Assembly: GCF_964355755.1 (NCBI RefSeq)
Contig: NC_092675.1
Span: forward strand, 5,699,812 to 5,763,811
DNA: 64,000 bases
Direction: 5' to 3'
DNA from: Antedon mediterranea
Taxonomy: Eukaryota > Animalia > Echinodermata
Positions 49,855-61,934 of the stretch are shown here, one piece after another; position 1 is the first letter of the stretch; each line of letters begins with the position of its first letter. The notes beneath the pieces are model-generated. The model had not been told where the DNA came from. It did no database searches and saw only the letters and a list, made by a program, of their open reading frames with translations. Made by a program: the position numbers and the translations under genes.

Positions 49855-50955
49855 ATGTACAAAGCTAGATGTAAATTCAGTGTCATACTTATCATTGTAC
49901 TATTCTGCGAAAAAAGTTTTGCTGATGTTAGATTTGCTTATCAACCGATGGATCAGTCAGCAGTAGAAGAAAGAGAAGCACAGGTTACCTGTATTTTTAA
50001 AGATGTTCCAGAAGATATGAAAGGTAAATACGACGTAATTTGGACCAAAGACTTTTATATTATCACCGAATCAAGTAATAGATTTGATTTGGAACGTATG
50101 ACTATTCACAATCAATATAAAGATGGCAAACACTTCTTGAAGATTGATCCAGTCAAGAGAGAAGATGCAGGACGCTACCGTTGTTATTTAAAAAATAACG
50201 GCGTTATTCTGCTTACTTCAAGTTTTGGAAAGCTTACTGTGCGTGAAATACCACCAGATAAATATCCAATTATCCAATTTACGAAGTCAGCTTACAAGAT
50301 CGAGGAAGTTGCTGTTGTGATCTGTTTGAGTGAAAAAACAAACCCTGTATCAGAGTTAACGTGGGACATAACCTCACAATTTCTTTTTTCACGTGATAAT
50401 TGGCCAATAACATCAAATGATACACACATTTGGATTGAAGAATCAGAAACAGCATCTACATTTACAAATGGCTCACGCTATGTCTGTAGACTAAAAGTAC
50501 AAGATGAAGTGGCACCAAGATATTGTGAAAGTAAACCACTTCACGTCATAAACGATGATCATAAAGAGACAAGTACTACTGTTGCGACGACACCAGAGAG
50601 AAAAGATGATGGTTCCAGCAATCATTTGCTAACTACAAATCAAGTGCCAGATAACAACAATTCATACGGAGGTGTGATCATACTATTATTCTGTATAGTA
50701 TTACTAGTACTTATAATAGTTTTACTAGTTTGGCAACTCGAACGTAATAAAAGAGCATTGAAAACAATGTTGAAGGACAATAAAAAAGGAATGAAAGAAG
50801 AGTACGATAATCGAAGAAGTTTGAATAATTCAGAAGAAACAGTATTTTTTTTGTCAGAAAAGAGTAGCCAGTCAGAAGAAAGCATGCATCATAGGCGAAT
50901 CAAAAACACTACACCGGGAATTGTTGACTTGGAAACAAAATACTCTATGTATTAG
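49855..50955 (+). CDS. Ig-superfamily membrane protein type B, copy B2, intronless CDS with Tyr-containing tail
   Basis: 366-aa ORF clearly paralogous to B1 over the ectodomain; TM GVIILLFCIVLLVLIIVLLVW; tail of about 73 aa with EEYDN and terminal TKYSMY. Confidence 0.9.
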   Translation: MYKARCKFSVILIIVLFCEKSFADVRFAYQPMDQSAVEEREAQVTCIFKDVPEDMKGKYDVIWTKDFYIITESSNRFDLERMTIHNQYKDGKHFLKIDPVKREDAGRYRCYLKNNGVILLTSSFGKLTVREIPPDKYPIIQFTKSAYKIEEVAVVICLSEKTNPVSELTWDITSQFLFSRDNWPITSNDTHIWIEESETASTFTNGSRYVCRLKVQDEVAPRYCESKPLHVINDDHKETSTTVATTPERKDDGSSNHLLTTNQVPDNNNSYGGVIILLFCIVLLVLIIVLLVWQLERNKRALKTMLKDNKKGMKEEYDNRRSLNNSEETVFFLSEKSSQSEESMHHRRIKNTTPGIVDLETKYSMY

Positions 50956-51958
50956 TTAAAATACCATATTTGGATACAAATCGCGCCAACAAGATTAGGG
51001 GCTTAATAAACAAAATTGAGCTGATTGGTGATATTCATTATACCGTGCATTATATAACACGTGGAGTAGAACGTCATTTAATCGGTTATTTGTCCTGTTT
51101 CTGTTTCTGAATAAATTAAACCCAATTTCTTGGAAGCAGAAACAGCATGCTTGCTCTATGTGTGTGTAAGACAGAGAGGGAAACACAAATATAGACGATA
51201 ATGGTTTGGATAAATAATTTATTTTGGAAAGTCCAGTGAGCACGGATCATGACAAAAATAGGAAACATAGGCCTACCTTTGTCCTAATAGGATGATATCA
51301 AAGTAATAGATGAAATAGATGACTCATTTAAATGACAATTAAAAAATGGATAAGCTTTTGTTTCAATAAATTGAATTGCATTTTTGCATTAACTGACTAA
51401 AGTCATTTATACTATTGAAATTGTATTTGTAAAACAAGATATTTTGGAATAGCCAATGGTGTCCAGTGCTATGTTGAAGGGCAAAAAATAACAGTCACTT
51501 ATAGACTGTAATTTCAAATAATTGGGTCTGGTAATTTGCTTTCCCAAATTATAGCACCAATGAATCAGAATATTGAATTTTTCATTTTAAACAATGGACA
51601 TGCTTTTTTTTGTAGCCCACGGATCCATGCAAAGATTGTTTTTAAATGAAAACCAGACTATAAATCTTGAATTCATACATTACGCAGATTTAGTATTGAT
51701 CTGGTATATATTTATTTCATTCGTAAATTAAAAAAAAAACATCTTTTCCAGGTTTTAATTTGAATAATATGTAATATATAGGCCTATATTATATATAATA
51801 ATATTAATATTACTAACGTTGATTTTTCAATTTAAACAATGGACATGCTACCAAGTAGATTGAATGTGATTAAATTACTTCGAATTGAAGAGGTTTGGAA
51901 GTTTATCTTTACGCAATGGTTTATTTTGAATCGATGCCCCCGTGTGATTCAAAGGTTA

Positions 51959-53247
51959 TCTATATATAAATTTACGTAAGGGCAAAAATCGGTAAATCGT
52001 GCGTTATTTCTAGAATGTTTACTCGATGGTATGTAAAGTTGGTTCGTACTTTCGGTACTAATTTTAACCACCTGATGTAACCCTGTTTACTAATTAAATT
52101 GAGTTCGATAATTAGTTATTGACGATTAAAACGAATTTAGGTTCAACGATTTGCCCCCAATAGGGGTGTTTTCCGATCGTGGTATACACTGTCTAATGGA
52201 TGTCCAACTTGAAAAATACCCGCACACAATAATACGAGGACGTTTCGCATTTTCCTATCTCCTCCTACGATAATTGTTTTTAATAGCTGAAAACCGGTTG
52301 AACAGTTCGAGTACAGCATCATAATGTTGAAAACAGGCCGATTTTCTTTTAAAAATGCTATTTTGATACACGTAATATACGTTTTTACAAATGTATTGAT
52401 TTGTGATGAATGGAACATTCCAAATTATTTGGTTTAACCATACAGGTATAGATTTAGATTTATGGGCCCCCGTGGAGAATAAACATAAATAGTATTGCAA
52501 TGCTGTACAATACTGTTAAGGTATTAACCAAAATTTCTTACTGTGTGAGTGTTGGTACTGTTAGATATAATATAAACAAATATACAAATAAACTTTATTA
52601 CTGTGAGTGTGGGTAGGCCCTACTGTTAGATTATAAACATATAATATACAAATAAATAAACGTTATTACTGACAGTTGCTTCTCAACGTTTGTATTAATT
52701 AATAATTTAAAAATATATAAACGTCGTAGTGGTGTATCGTTACATGTACTTTACTATTTCAATCGACTATGACAGTGAGAGTTTTAACAAAGTATTAAAT
52801 CGTAAATGTTTTACTGTATTTAGTGGTATATTATTTATAGGCCTATAAAACATTAAAAACAATATTTCGTTACTGAGTGGATAAAAATATATTTTAAAAT
52901 GTTTCCTCCTTGTACCTATCTTCTTCCCCCATCCCTCAACCCTTAGCCCGACCCTTAGGCCTAATGTTACATACAAAACACAAATTGGGTTTGTTTAAAT
53001 GAGTCCAAATGAAAAAATTTGACTCATTTTGTTTCTCTCTCGGAAGTAATTCCCAGGGTGCTAATTTTGGTTGACTACATAAATCATTGTGTATATTTCT
53101 TCGTTTCTGTAAACGACAATGTATTATAGTCCTGCAGTACGTACATTTGAAATCTCCATTTTTTTCTCGCTGAAAATACTGTGTATTCGAGAACCATCTG
53201 TGGGCACGACCTAGATGGTACGCGAGCGAAGCGAGCGTGCCATCTAG
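51959..53247 (+). mobile_element. Non-autonomous Helitron (family H1)
   Basis: A|TC 5' end, hairpin plus CTAG|T 3' end; shares about the first 500 bp and last 65 bp with 12722-14253. Confidence 0.82.
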
Positions 53248-53375
53248 TCTTCAAAATTCTTGACATTTAATATATACAAATCTATATATATATATATATA
53301 TGTACTCAAGCGATAAAAAACACGCTATTTTGATATGATTATATATTTTGTTTTTGATTTGAATTATGGTAAGAT

Positions 53376-53417
53376 CAGGGAAGAGTAGAAATATTAGAGT
53401 AATTTAACTCTTCCCTG
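53376..53417. mobile_element. 42-bp CAGGG...CCCTG insertion with 7-bp TSD
   Basis: GTAAGAT-CAGGGAAGAGT...ACTCTTCCCTG-GTAAGAT. Confidence 0.7.
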
Positions 53418-54659
53418 GTAAGATCAAGATATTTTATTTCTAAGGATACTGCATCTGCCATTGATATGCTGAAGTGAACAACTTTCAATTTTGTCAACAA
53501 CAAACAACAAAATCAGCAAACATAAACATACTATGTATATTTACAAAAAAAATATATATAAAAACAACAACAACCAAAGTATCATTATAGACTCAATTAG
53601 TCCGTCACTGTCGCCCTCCTCATAGACACAGAAGTGTATAAATATAAAAACAATTTTACAATCAATCACATTAAGTTTAAACTTGAATATTAAAAATGTT
53701 TTGCTTTGCGACATAATTGAAGATTCTACTGCTAAAATTGATGCAAACAGTATTTGATACGTTATTGAAGTGAGCCGAATGCATTAATTTTTAACTGGTT
53801 TTAAAACAAAGGTTTATATCGAGAATCTCCTAAAAATGTCTGTATTGGAAAATAAACAATCCATTACATGTTATAAGCGGGCAATAATTTAATCCAGTTT
53901 TGTTTCTAGAAACGATTACCATAATAAGACAAGAAAATTGTTTTTGTTTTGTCCCACCCCACTCACCCACATACAAAAAAACAAACAAAAAACACTATTT
54001 AGAAAGTCCTGGCAAATTTGGTAAATATGCACTACAATGTAGCTACGCTCAGAACGATTGTGCTACAACAACCCTATTGTGAACATAGCATATACTAAAA
54101 TGGTTTAATATGAAATATGGGTAATTACTAAATACATCAGACTAAGAAGGATATTTATACATAAACCCTTTACAATCAAAGAGCAGAAAATCTGCAGAAA
54201 AAATGTCTTTCTTATTTTATTTCGAAATCTGTATTGATTTATTATTATTTATCCATAAACATATACGTACAAAATGTGGAGGTCTCAGAAAGAAACAGCA
54301 AGTTAACTTTCGACTAAAAAAAGTACAGGATGAAGAAGACATAACGGAAAACTACAACATGGCGTGAAATCACGAGAATGAAAACTTTGTATTTTGGTCT
54401 AAATTGTCACCTTTGTTAAAAATAAACCAGAACACGTATTTATGGATACTTTATTTTCATTATGAGTTACAATGGTTTTTAGTTTTGATGGACAAATAAC
54501 ATTAAATATTTATTAGAAAAAAGAACAACATTTTTCGATTTATTTCTAAAACGTTTTAAATTAAATTCACTCTTTGATCTGTTACATAACACAATACAAG
54601 TGTTTACATAATAGGAAACAGGATGGAAACAATTCAAACTCAATACAATTATGGATGCT

Positions 54660-55856
54660 TTACGGACTTGTAATTTCGTCAAAATATCTCAGACACTGCA
54701 AGCTGGTAATTATGATAAGATATAGAAACAAGATTGACTGAACTGATAAGAGAAGTATTGTAGTAATAGGATTAACCAAAGTTTTAGATGTCTGTGGAGG
54801 CTGAGATTTATCAGGAGTGAGAGTTTTCTCAGAAGCGTAAGGAACTTCTGTGATGGCTTCGTATGCTAAACATTCTTCTATTTGAACTGTCATATTCGTT
54901 GATTTTAAAATGTCATCGTCAACTGTAGGCCTACACGTTATATTTTCTCCTTGCATTTCACTAATGACATTTCTAATAAACAATTTGTTTGATAAATTAG
55001 CTTCTTGTATTGCCTCGCTAAAAATTAAATCGTTTGTTGATTTCCATTGAAATTGGACTTCTTTCTTGTTTATTAGTTTATATTTGCTGTTTGTAGCATT
55101 CAATGATGTTTGTGGTTTCCATTCAAAAGCGTTGCACCAAATTGTTGCTGACTTGTTAACCATAAAATCAGTTGCGTTAATGTTGATTGCAATATTACGT
55201 TTGATAACAACGGTAGATGTACACCAATGCACGCCAATCGTTTTCATTGTGCATGTGTAATCAGTTCCCTCATCTCTATCCAGTGCTATGAACATAGCAC
55301 TACTAATAACCTTGTATTTATTTGTAGTATTAGTAAAAACTGCGTGTTTAGGAAATTGTTCTGCATCCCAGTACAGCTTTAAAGATGGATACGGGTATGT
55401 TTCACAACTTAATGTGACATTGTCACCAACAAAGTACTCTGATTTTGAATGTCTACATACCGGTTCTGAAGATATTGGCAGCACTACTAGTTCCTTCTTA
55501 GCAGAATTAACAAGTAATCCATTGCCTTGATATACACACTCGTACACGCCACTGTCTGTTTCTTTTAGGTCTGAGAGAGTCATTTCTATCCGTAGTTTTC
55601 CCATTGACATTGACGAATATGTATTGTCAACTTCCATATCGTTCGTCTTACAAATGGTTGTGTTAATGACTGGTGACATTTCAGATATGTATCTACCAAT
55701 ATACAACTCACAATAAAAGGTGAACGTTGCACCGTCAACAGCATAAATAATGTCATTATCAGGATGGCATTGCAGAACATCAGTAGATTTAATTCTAGGG
55801 AAGAAGAGAAACAGGTAAACGAGAAACTGATAAGAAAGAAATGTATTCATGACCAC
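54660..55856 (-). CDS. Ig-superfamily membrane protein type A, copy A2, intronless CDS
   Basis: 398-aa ORF (start may be ATG at 55850) paralogous to A1; TM ILLLSVQSILFLYLIIITSL; tail QCLRYFDEITSP. Confidence 0.88.
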   Translation of the reverse strand: MVMNTFLSYQFLVYLFLFFPRIKSTDVLQCHPDNDIIYAVDGATFTFYCELYIGRYISEMSPVINTTICKTNDMEVDNTYSSMSMGKLRIEMTLSDLKETDSGVYECVYQGNGLLVNSAKKELVVLPISSEPVCRHSKSEYFVGDNVTLSCETYPYPSLKLYWDAEQFPKHAVFTNTTNKYKVISSAMFIALDRDEGTDYTCTMKTIGVHWCTSTVVIKRNIAININATDFMVNKSATIWCNAFEWKPQTSLNATNSKYKLINKKEVQFQWKSTNDLIFSEAIQEANLSNKLFIRNVISEMQGENITCRPTVDDDILKSTNMTVQIEECLAYEAITEVPYASEKTLTPDKSQPPQTSKTLVNPITTILLLSVQSILFLYLIIITSLQCLRYFDEITSP

Positions 55857-56327
55857 GCGTGTAGGACTACAGTGTATCGGTTAAGAAAAACAGTTGCTCT
55901 AACACCAATAATGTTGTCAGTAAACGTAGTATAGTGGCAACATTTAAGGTTTTTTTTTATTTTTATGCTTCATTGTATAATGCTAATGATGTATTCTTTG
56001 TATCTATGGGTACTTTATTTTTGCATTATGAGTTTCAAAAATTGTTTTTGATTCAAATGAATTCACATTAACTATTTATTAGAAATAGAAACAATTTTAA
56101 AGCCATAATTTAATCCATTTTTGTTGTTTTAATTTTATATTCAGATGTCTATTATCCATAAAATGGAATTGACTAACAATAAATCGAATGAAACAAATCG
56201 TTGTCACTTCTCTGTGTATTTCATGTCATGTCATGTTATTTTTAACATGGCAAACCATTTATTTCGTGGATACATAAAGATAGAAGTAAACATGTTTGAC
56301 TTACAACAATATTAACATTAGATCATG

Positions 56328-56353
56328 CAGGGAGGTATTTTTATACCTCCCTG
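56328..56353. mobile_element. 26-bp CAGGG...CCCTG insertion with near-perfect 7-bp TSD
   Basis: GATCATG-CAGGGAGGTAT-TTTT-ATACCTCCCTG-GATTATG. Confidence 0.65.
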
Positions 56354-56438
56354 GATTATGGATGTTGTCACCTCAATACCCACATCAACTGAACAGCATA
56401 CAGTATTCTACTTATAAATGAATTAAAACAGATTAAAA

Positions 56439-56576
56439 ACAAGGTCATATACATGTCTGCAGTCACGTGCTCAATTTGAGTTAGTGTTTACCGACCGACC
56501 GATCAACCGACCGACCGACCGACCAATCGACGACATAGTGGGCTGTAGTTAGAGTCGTGTTTGCACGCGACTAAAA
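56439..56576 (-). mobile_element. Short DINE-1-like relic
   Basis: (GACC)n tract and AGTCGTGTTTGCACGCGACTAAAA end similar to 48597-48618. Confidence 0.55.
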
Positions 56577-57589
56577 ATATAATACACTTCTACACAAAAT
56601 ACGTAGGCCGATATTATACAAAATTATGACAAACACTAATAACAATACTAATAAAAAGAATTTAGAAAATGAAAAGGAAAAATACACGAAGAAAAATAGT
56701 TTTAGATAATATAATATTTACAATGAAAATTACCAAGAAATTAAAGTGAAAATTGTAATGTAAAGCAAGTGGTAAACCACAATAAGGTATATTACGGTAT
56801 TCTATAAGGATATGTTTTTAATTTTACTTGACAATGTGAAAGTTCAGAAAAGAGGGCGCCATATAATATATTTACAATTAACTTTACCCAGAAATACATA
56901 AAGGTATATTACGGTATGCTATAAGGATATGTTGCGAAAAAACAAAAAGTAACCCGCTTAAATTTGATGTAATATAAACAAGCAAACATTAGAAGGGTTG
57001 AAATACTGTATGATGTTTATGTGTTGTGATTTTACTTGACAATGTGAAAGTTCAGAAAAGAGGGCGCCATATATTGTTTGGATTTCTACATAATAAATAC
57101 TGCATATGAATTTGCCTTACTAAAATTTGTTTTTTTTTATCTTCACTTAATTATTAATACTAGATGGTACGCGAGCAAAGTTTGGTGGTGATCTTGATTT
57201 AACAATGATAGCTGATAGCTTTGATGATGATGATGATGATGACGATGACGGTGATGATGACGATGATGACTGGTATTATAAGAATAACGACGACGATGAA
57301 AATGGCAATGACAATACTCAATATGACAGAATAGAATTACAGTACTGTATAACGTATTGATGCTAGGAATTATTAGAATTTGTCATGTCACAATACTACA
57401 GACACATTAATAATAGACTCAACAATAGGTTGTTTAATCTTGTGACACTTTGTGTACGAAAACACTTGTCAAAGGCAAATTTGAAAGACAGATAAAGATC
57501 ATAATCACGTTGCTATTCGGCTTATTTACCATATACCTTATCCTTTTTTTTTTGTCTTATGTAGGATCGACCCACTTTTATTTCTTCAT

Positions 57590-58560
57590 CAATAAAATGT
57601 TCGTTTACAATGCATTGCACATGAGTAATGTAATGATACAATACAATATAACATTAAATAACTTTCAGTACATCTGATATCTCACTCCTACCATTGCATT
57701 TTATATATAATAGTAGGAAAGAAGAAAAAAAAAATATATTTACCTCTATGTTATACACTCTTTACACGTTTTTCAATCCTTAACAATGTACGTATAATTT
57801 ACCACAGAATTCTTTATTTTATAACTCTTTTTATCTCTTTCAGGCAATCAAAAAAAGTTATATTTTACTTTACCTAAATATCAATTTTATAAACGTTAAT
57901 TTTATACCTTGCTAAATTGTTACGGTCCATATCTGACAAATTTTTTTTTGCCTTTTCTTTATTTATTAAAAACTCACAATTGATTATACCTTCTAACTCA
58001 GCAGTAAACATTAACCATGGACATTTTTTAACAAGTCTTAGTCTATGTTTGACTTTACTTTTATAAACACAGAAAGTTAAAATGGAAAATATTTCAATAA
58101 TTTTGACATCATATTTTCCAAGTACCATTTTTTCCCATGTAACTTCCTGAGTAAATGCAAAACATGTTTTCAGCATAGCGCAACATTTTACAAAGCAATG
58201 TTTTACTTCTTTGCATGTAAATACATATGCTTTTCATTTTCAACCTCCTCATTACAATACTCACAATAATTATTGTTTGATAAATTCCTTAATTTTAGCT
58301 TACACTTAGTTGGTACAATTTTATGTAGCAACTTAAAATTAAAGAAAGCCACTCTTTTTATGTGCAACATACTCTTAACTTTCCAGCATAGATTCCAATC
58401 AATAAAACAATTTTGAAGTTGGTTTTTCCATTTATCTTGTGCTTTTGGTATGCACGCTTTATATGCTACATTGGTAAAAGTGGAATAGAATTGGTTGAAA
58501 GTTGTATAATTTGAAGTAACATTAACATTTTTCTCTATTGTATCAACCTCTTTATGTATA
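57590..58560 (-). mobile_element. 5'-truncated L1/Tx1-like LINE fragment
   Basis: Reverse strand gives FNFKLLHKIVPTKCKL..NNYCEYCNEEVENEKH (CCHC region) and ORF 57874-58176. Confidence 0.7.
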
Positions 58561-59834
58561 TAACAATAGGGTTTTTCTTATCCTTATCCTTTGACCGAAA
58601 AATTAAACATATTCCTATCATGATTGCTGTAACTAAAAATAACATGTTTGTTGTCAACTTTAACACTGTCTTGACGTTATCAGGTGCCCCGGATCACATG
58701 AAACGGTTATTGAGAATCTCGTAGAATGAAGTAATAATATGCAGTAATGTCAGTTTTGTTTTCATTTTATATTCATTATTTATTATCAATAAAAAGACAT
58801 TGACTAACTATAAATCGATTGAAATATATCGTTGTCACTGCACTGTGTATTTTCTCTATAGACATTTTGTATTATTATTTTAAAATGAGCGAAATGCGTT
58901 TAAGTCACTCGCACATTATTGAGGAGTAGGCCTACCTTCAAAAATACAAAATTAAATACATACTAAAAAATACACACACAAAAAGATACAAAAGAAACAA
59001 TGCTTTTGCCAAGCCTTTTATTTCGTTGATACACAAAGATAGAAATAAAAACAAATATAAACATATACTTTGCGAGTAGTTTGAGACCACAATTATCACT
59101 TTCTGACCAGTGGTTGCTGAGATATTCATATGGCCAATTTCTTGACCAGTGGTCAGAAAAGGTGCTTCCGTCCACTTTTTGCAAAAGTTTCCCATTAAAG
59201 TGAATAGAAATATGGGTCTTTTGAGTAGTTTGGCACATTCGAATACACCCAGTAGTTACCAAGTTACGCAAAGTCTTAACTTTGACCATATTGAACTTTT
59301 GGCCCCTGTACTGACCAAGCATCCCAATTTTTTTTCGGTCAATAGCAAAAAATTGATTTGTATTGATATGAGGAAGCAAAAAAACATTGTTGGCATAGTT
59401 TGCTAAAGGGTGCAGGTAACCCCTTTCTGGCTCCCCAACTACTTACTATCGATAAAGTTTGCCCGAATTTGTTCTCTCTTTTCTTTTCCAAAGACCGTAA
59501 AAGCTTATGTCATGCTGTTTTATTTAATGACATTATACGTTTACTGTTAGTCCAGTAATATGGAATATTGGTTTGGCTGTTACTACTTCATAGAAGAACC
59601 TTTTATTTTTACATTTCTCCCCACTCCTGAGAAAATAAGATAATAAACGTTTTTAGAACCTAAAGAATAATTATACCCATGATGTGTTTATCTCTAACTT
59701 AAACATTTTTTATACTCATTTTATTTTATTCCAATTTGTATTCTACAGCAAAGAACTTCCTAATTTTACTTTAGATTTTTAAAAAGCCTACACTATTACT
59801 TAATTGATTACATTCGACGATTTGAAAATAAAGT

Positions 59835-59835
<1 letters not shown>

Positions 59836-59868
<33 letters not shown>
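59836..59868. repeat. (CT)n microsatellite
   Basis: Direct reading. Confidence 0.9.
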
Positions 59869-59871
<3 letters not shown>

Positions 59872-60138
59872 TGAAAGGTTCATAAAAAAGTTTTCCTATT
59901 ATATGAAAACATAGCTAACTGTGCCAATTGAGGAAATCATTTTCATTGTTGGTCCGAGGAGTTTAAAAAAAATAAATATCGCTACAATTATTACCAGTAG
60001 AATATTTTAATAATTTCACGTCAAATATTGTAAAAGATATAGTGTGGTACACCTTCCTCGTAGTCCCCTCCTCACAAACAATTTGATTTACAATACAATT
60101 GGCACCAACAAAAGCTGCTAGTCAAGTTGGTTACCAAT

Positions 60139-60335
60139 CGTAGTTGTCCAAAGCTGTAGTTGTCCTAGGGGTAGTTGTAGGCCTATATGGGGTAGTTGTT
60201 CTAGGGGGTAATTGTCCTAGAGGGTAATTGTCCTAGAGGTAATTGTCCTAGAGGTAATTGTCTTAGAGGGTAATTGTCCTAGAGGGTAGTGGCCCTAAGA
60301 GGGTAGTTTTCCAGGTAGTAGTTGTCCTAGACCCG
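60139..60335. repeat. Minisatellite, about 16-17-bp unit GGGTAATTGTCCTAGA
   Basis: About 11 degenerate copies. Confidence 0.85.
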
Positions 60336-60569
60336 TTTATCTATTACCTTATTTCATGGTTGGAGTGGAGTGTCAACAGAGACAGTACACTTGACAAACA
60401 TTGATATATGATTACATTTATTTTTCAGGAACTGTGACCATTGTTCATTTTATTTTTCAAGTAATGTTCTAAAATTAGCACAGGCCACAATATTGAAAAA
60501 GGCCACAATAAAGTACTTAGATAGACTTTGGACATGTTTTACCAATACCATAATTGGTACCAACAAAAG

Positions 60570-60827
60570 CTTAATTTAAAATTTAAAAAGTTCATAGTAA
60601 ATCGAAACACAGACAGAAATTCTTTTCAATATCTGCAGTAAATGATTGGAATAGTTTGCCATATCATATAGTAAATGCATCCTCTATCAATAATTTTAAA
60701 ACCCATCTTGAAACACACTGGAAAACCCACAACCTAAAGTTTGAGCCATATAACCAAGATGTTCAAAGAGGGACTCACAAACCTTAACAGGTTTATAGTC
60801 TAAATGTCAAGGTAAATCAAGGTAAAT
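60570..60827 (+). mobile_element. CR1/L2-like LINE 3' end
   Basis: Translates HRQKFFSISAVNDWNSLPYHIVNASSINNFKTHLETHW; short repeated tail tcaaggtaaa x2. Confidence 0.7.
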
Positions 60828-61934
60828 AATGTCATAATATTTAAGAAACGGTTGGTCGTCATATACATTTTTTACTGTTTGTTTTCTTTTGTTTTAATTG
60901 ATTTCCACACATTATTCATATTACTGATATAATCAATTAAAAGTTTCAATGTTTTTTACGTTTCTGTTTTATAAAAGAATTGTTTGATTTTGTTTTCTAT
61001 GCGGTTTTATCTTGCTGGTGGTGATTACAATAAAAGCTAATGTGATGATGATGATGTTCTTGATGGGATATTGTATATAGCCATTTTATATATACCAATG
61101 TACTCTACTGTAAAGATATTGCTCATATGAAAATTAGCTATTATGCATTTTTTATTTATTTATAACTTTTTATAATTATGAGTAAATTCAAGAAAATATT
61201 GAAAAAGAGGGTAATAGAAAGAGAAATATTACGAACATCTATAATATGCATTTTTGATATATGACGAACGTATAAAAGTGGTAGTTTACACCACAAAAGA
61301 GAAAAAATAATGGTTATGATTATAATTCAAAATACAATTTTATTAACTTGATGAGAGCCATTTTTGGAATTCGCCATGTCCTAGCTATAGGCCTATTGTT
61401 GTTTGTTAGGCCTGTACAAACAACAATTGTCAAAGGAAAAGTTTACAGTTGCTATTTGACTTACTATATACCTAAACAGTACCTGTCCAAACAATAATAA
61501 ACTCATGATTGCTTAACATGTTTATGAACGGGTAAGTATAACAAGTTTGACTTAATATGAATAGAGCCTTAGAGCCTTCGAGTTGGTTACATTGTATCGC
61601 CAAAGAGTAAATTACATTCATATCAATATCAAGGTAAACCATGTGTAACTTTTTACAATAAATATAATTATATTAACATTCATTCAGAATTTTATAAGCT
61701 TGTTTATTTTCAGATAGATAATAATACCAGCAGTAAATGATTAACATCCTGGCACAACAAGTATATTTACCCTACTTTACTCAATTCATTTTTAAAAGAA
61801 ATTTATATCATCGTAAAGACTAATGTATTAGGCTTGAACAGTATTTTCAGTGTAGTTTTTAACGAACACTTTTTTGTTTGTTTCTACTGAAATACATAAT
61901 TTACTTGTTTTCAGGCTATGAGGACAGAGCGACA

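Noticed and set aside
38130-55780. Antisense or alternative-frame ORFs over the Ig genes (e.g. MNIALLIT... in A1 and A2)
   Set aside because: Their similarity follows from paralogy of the sense genes.
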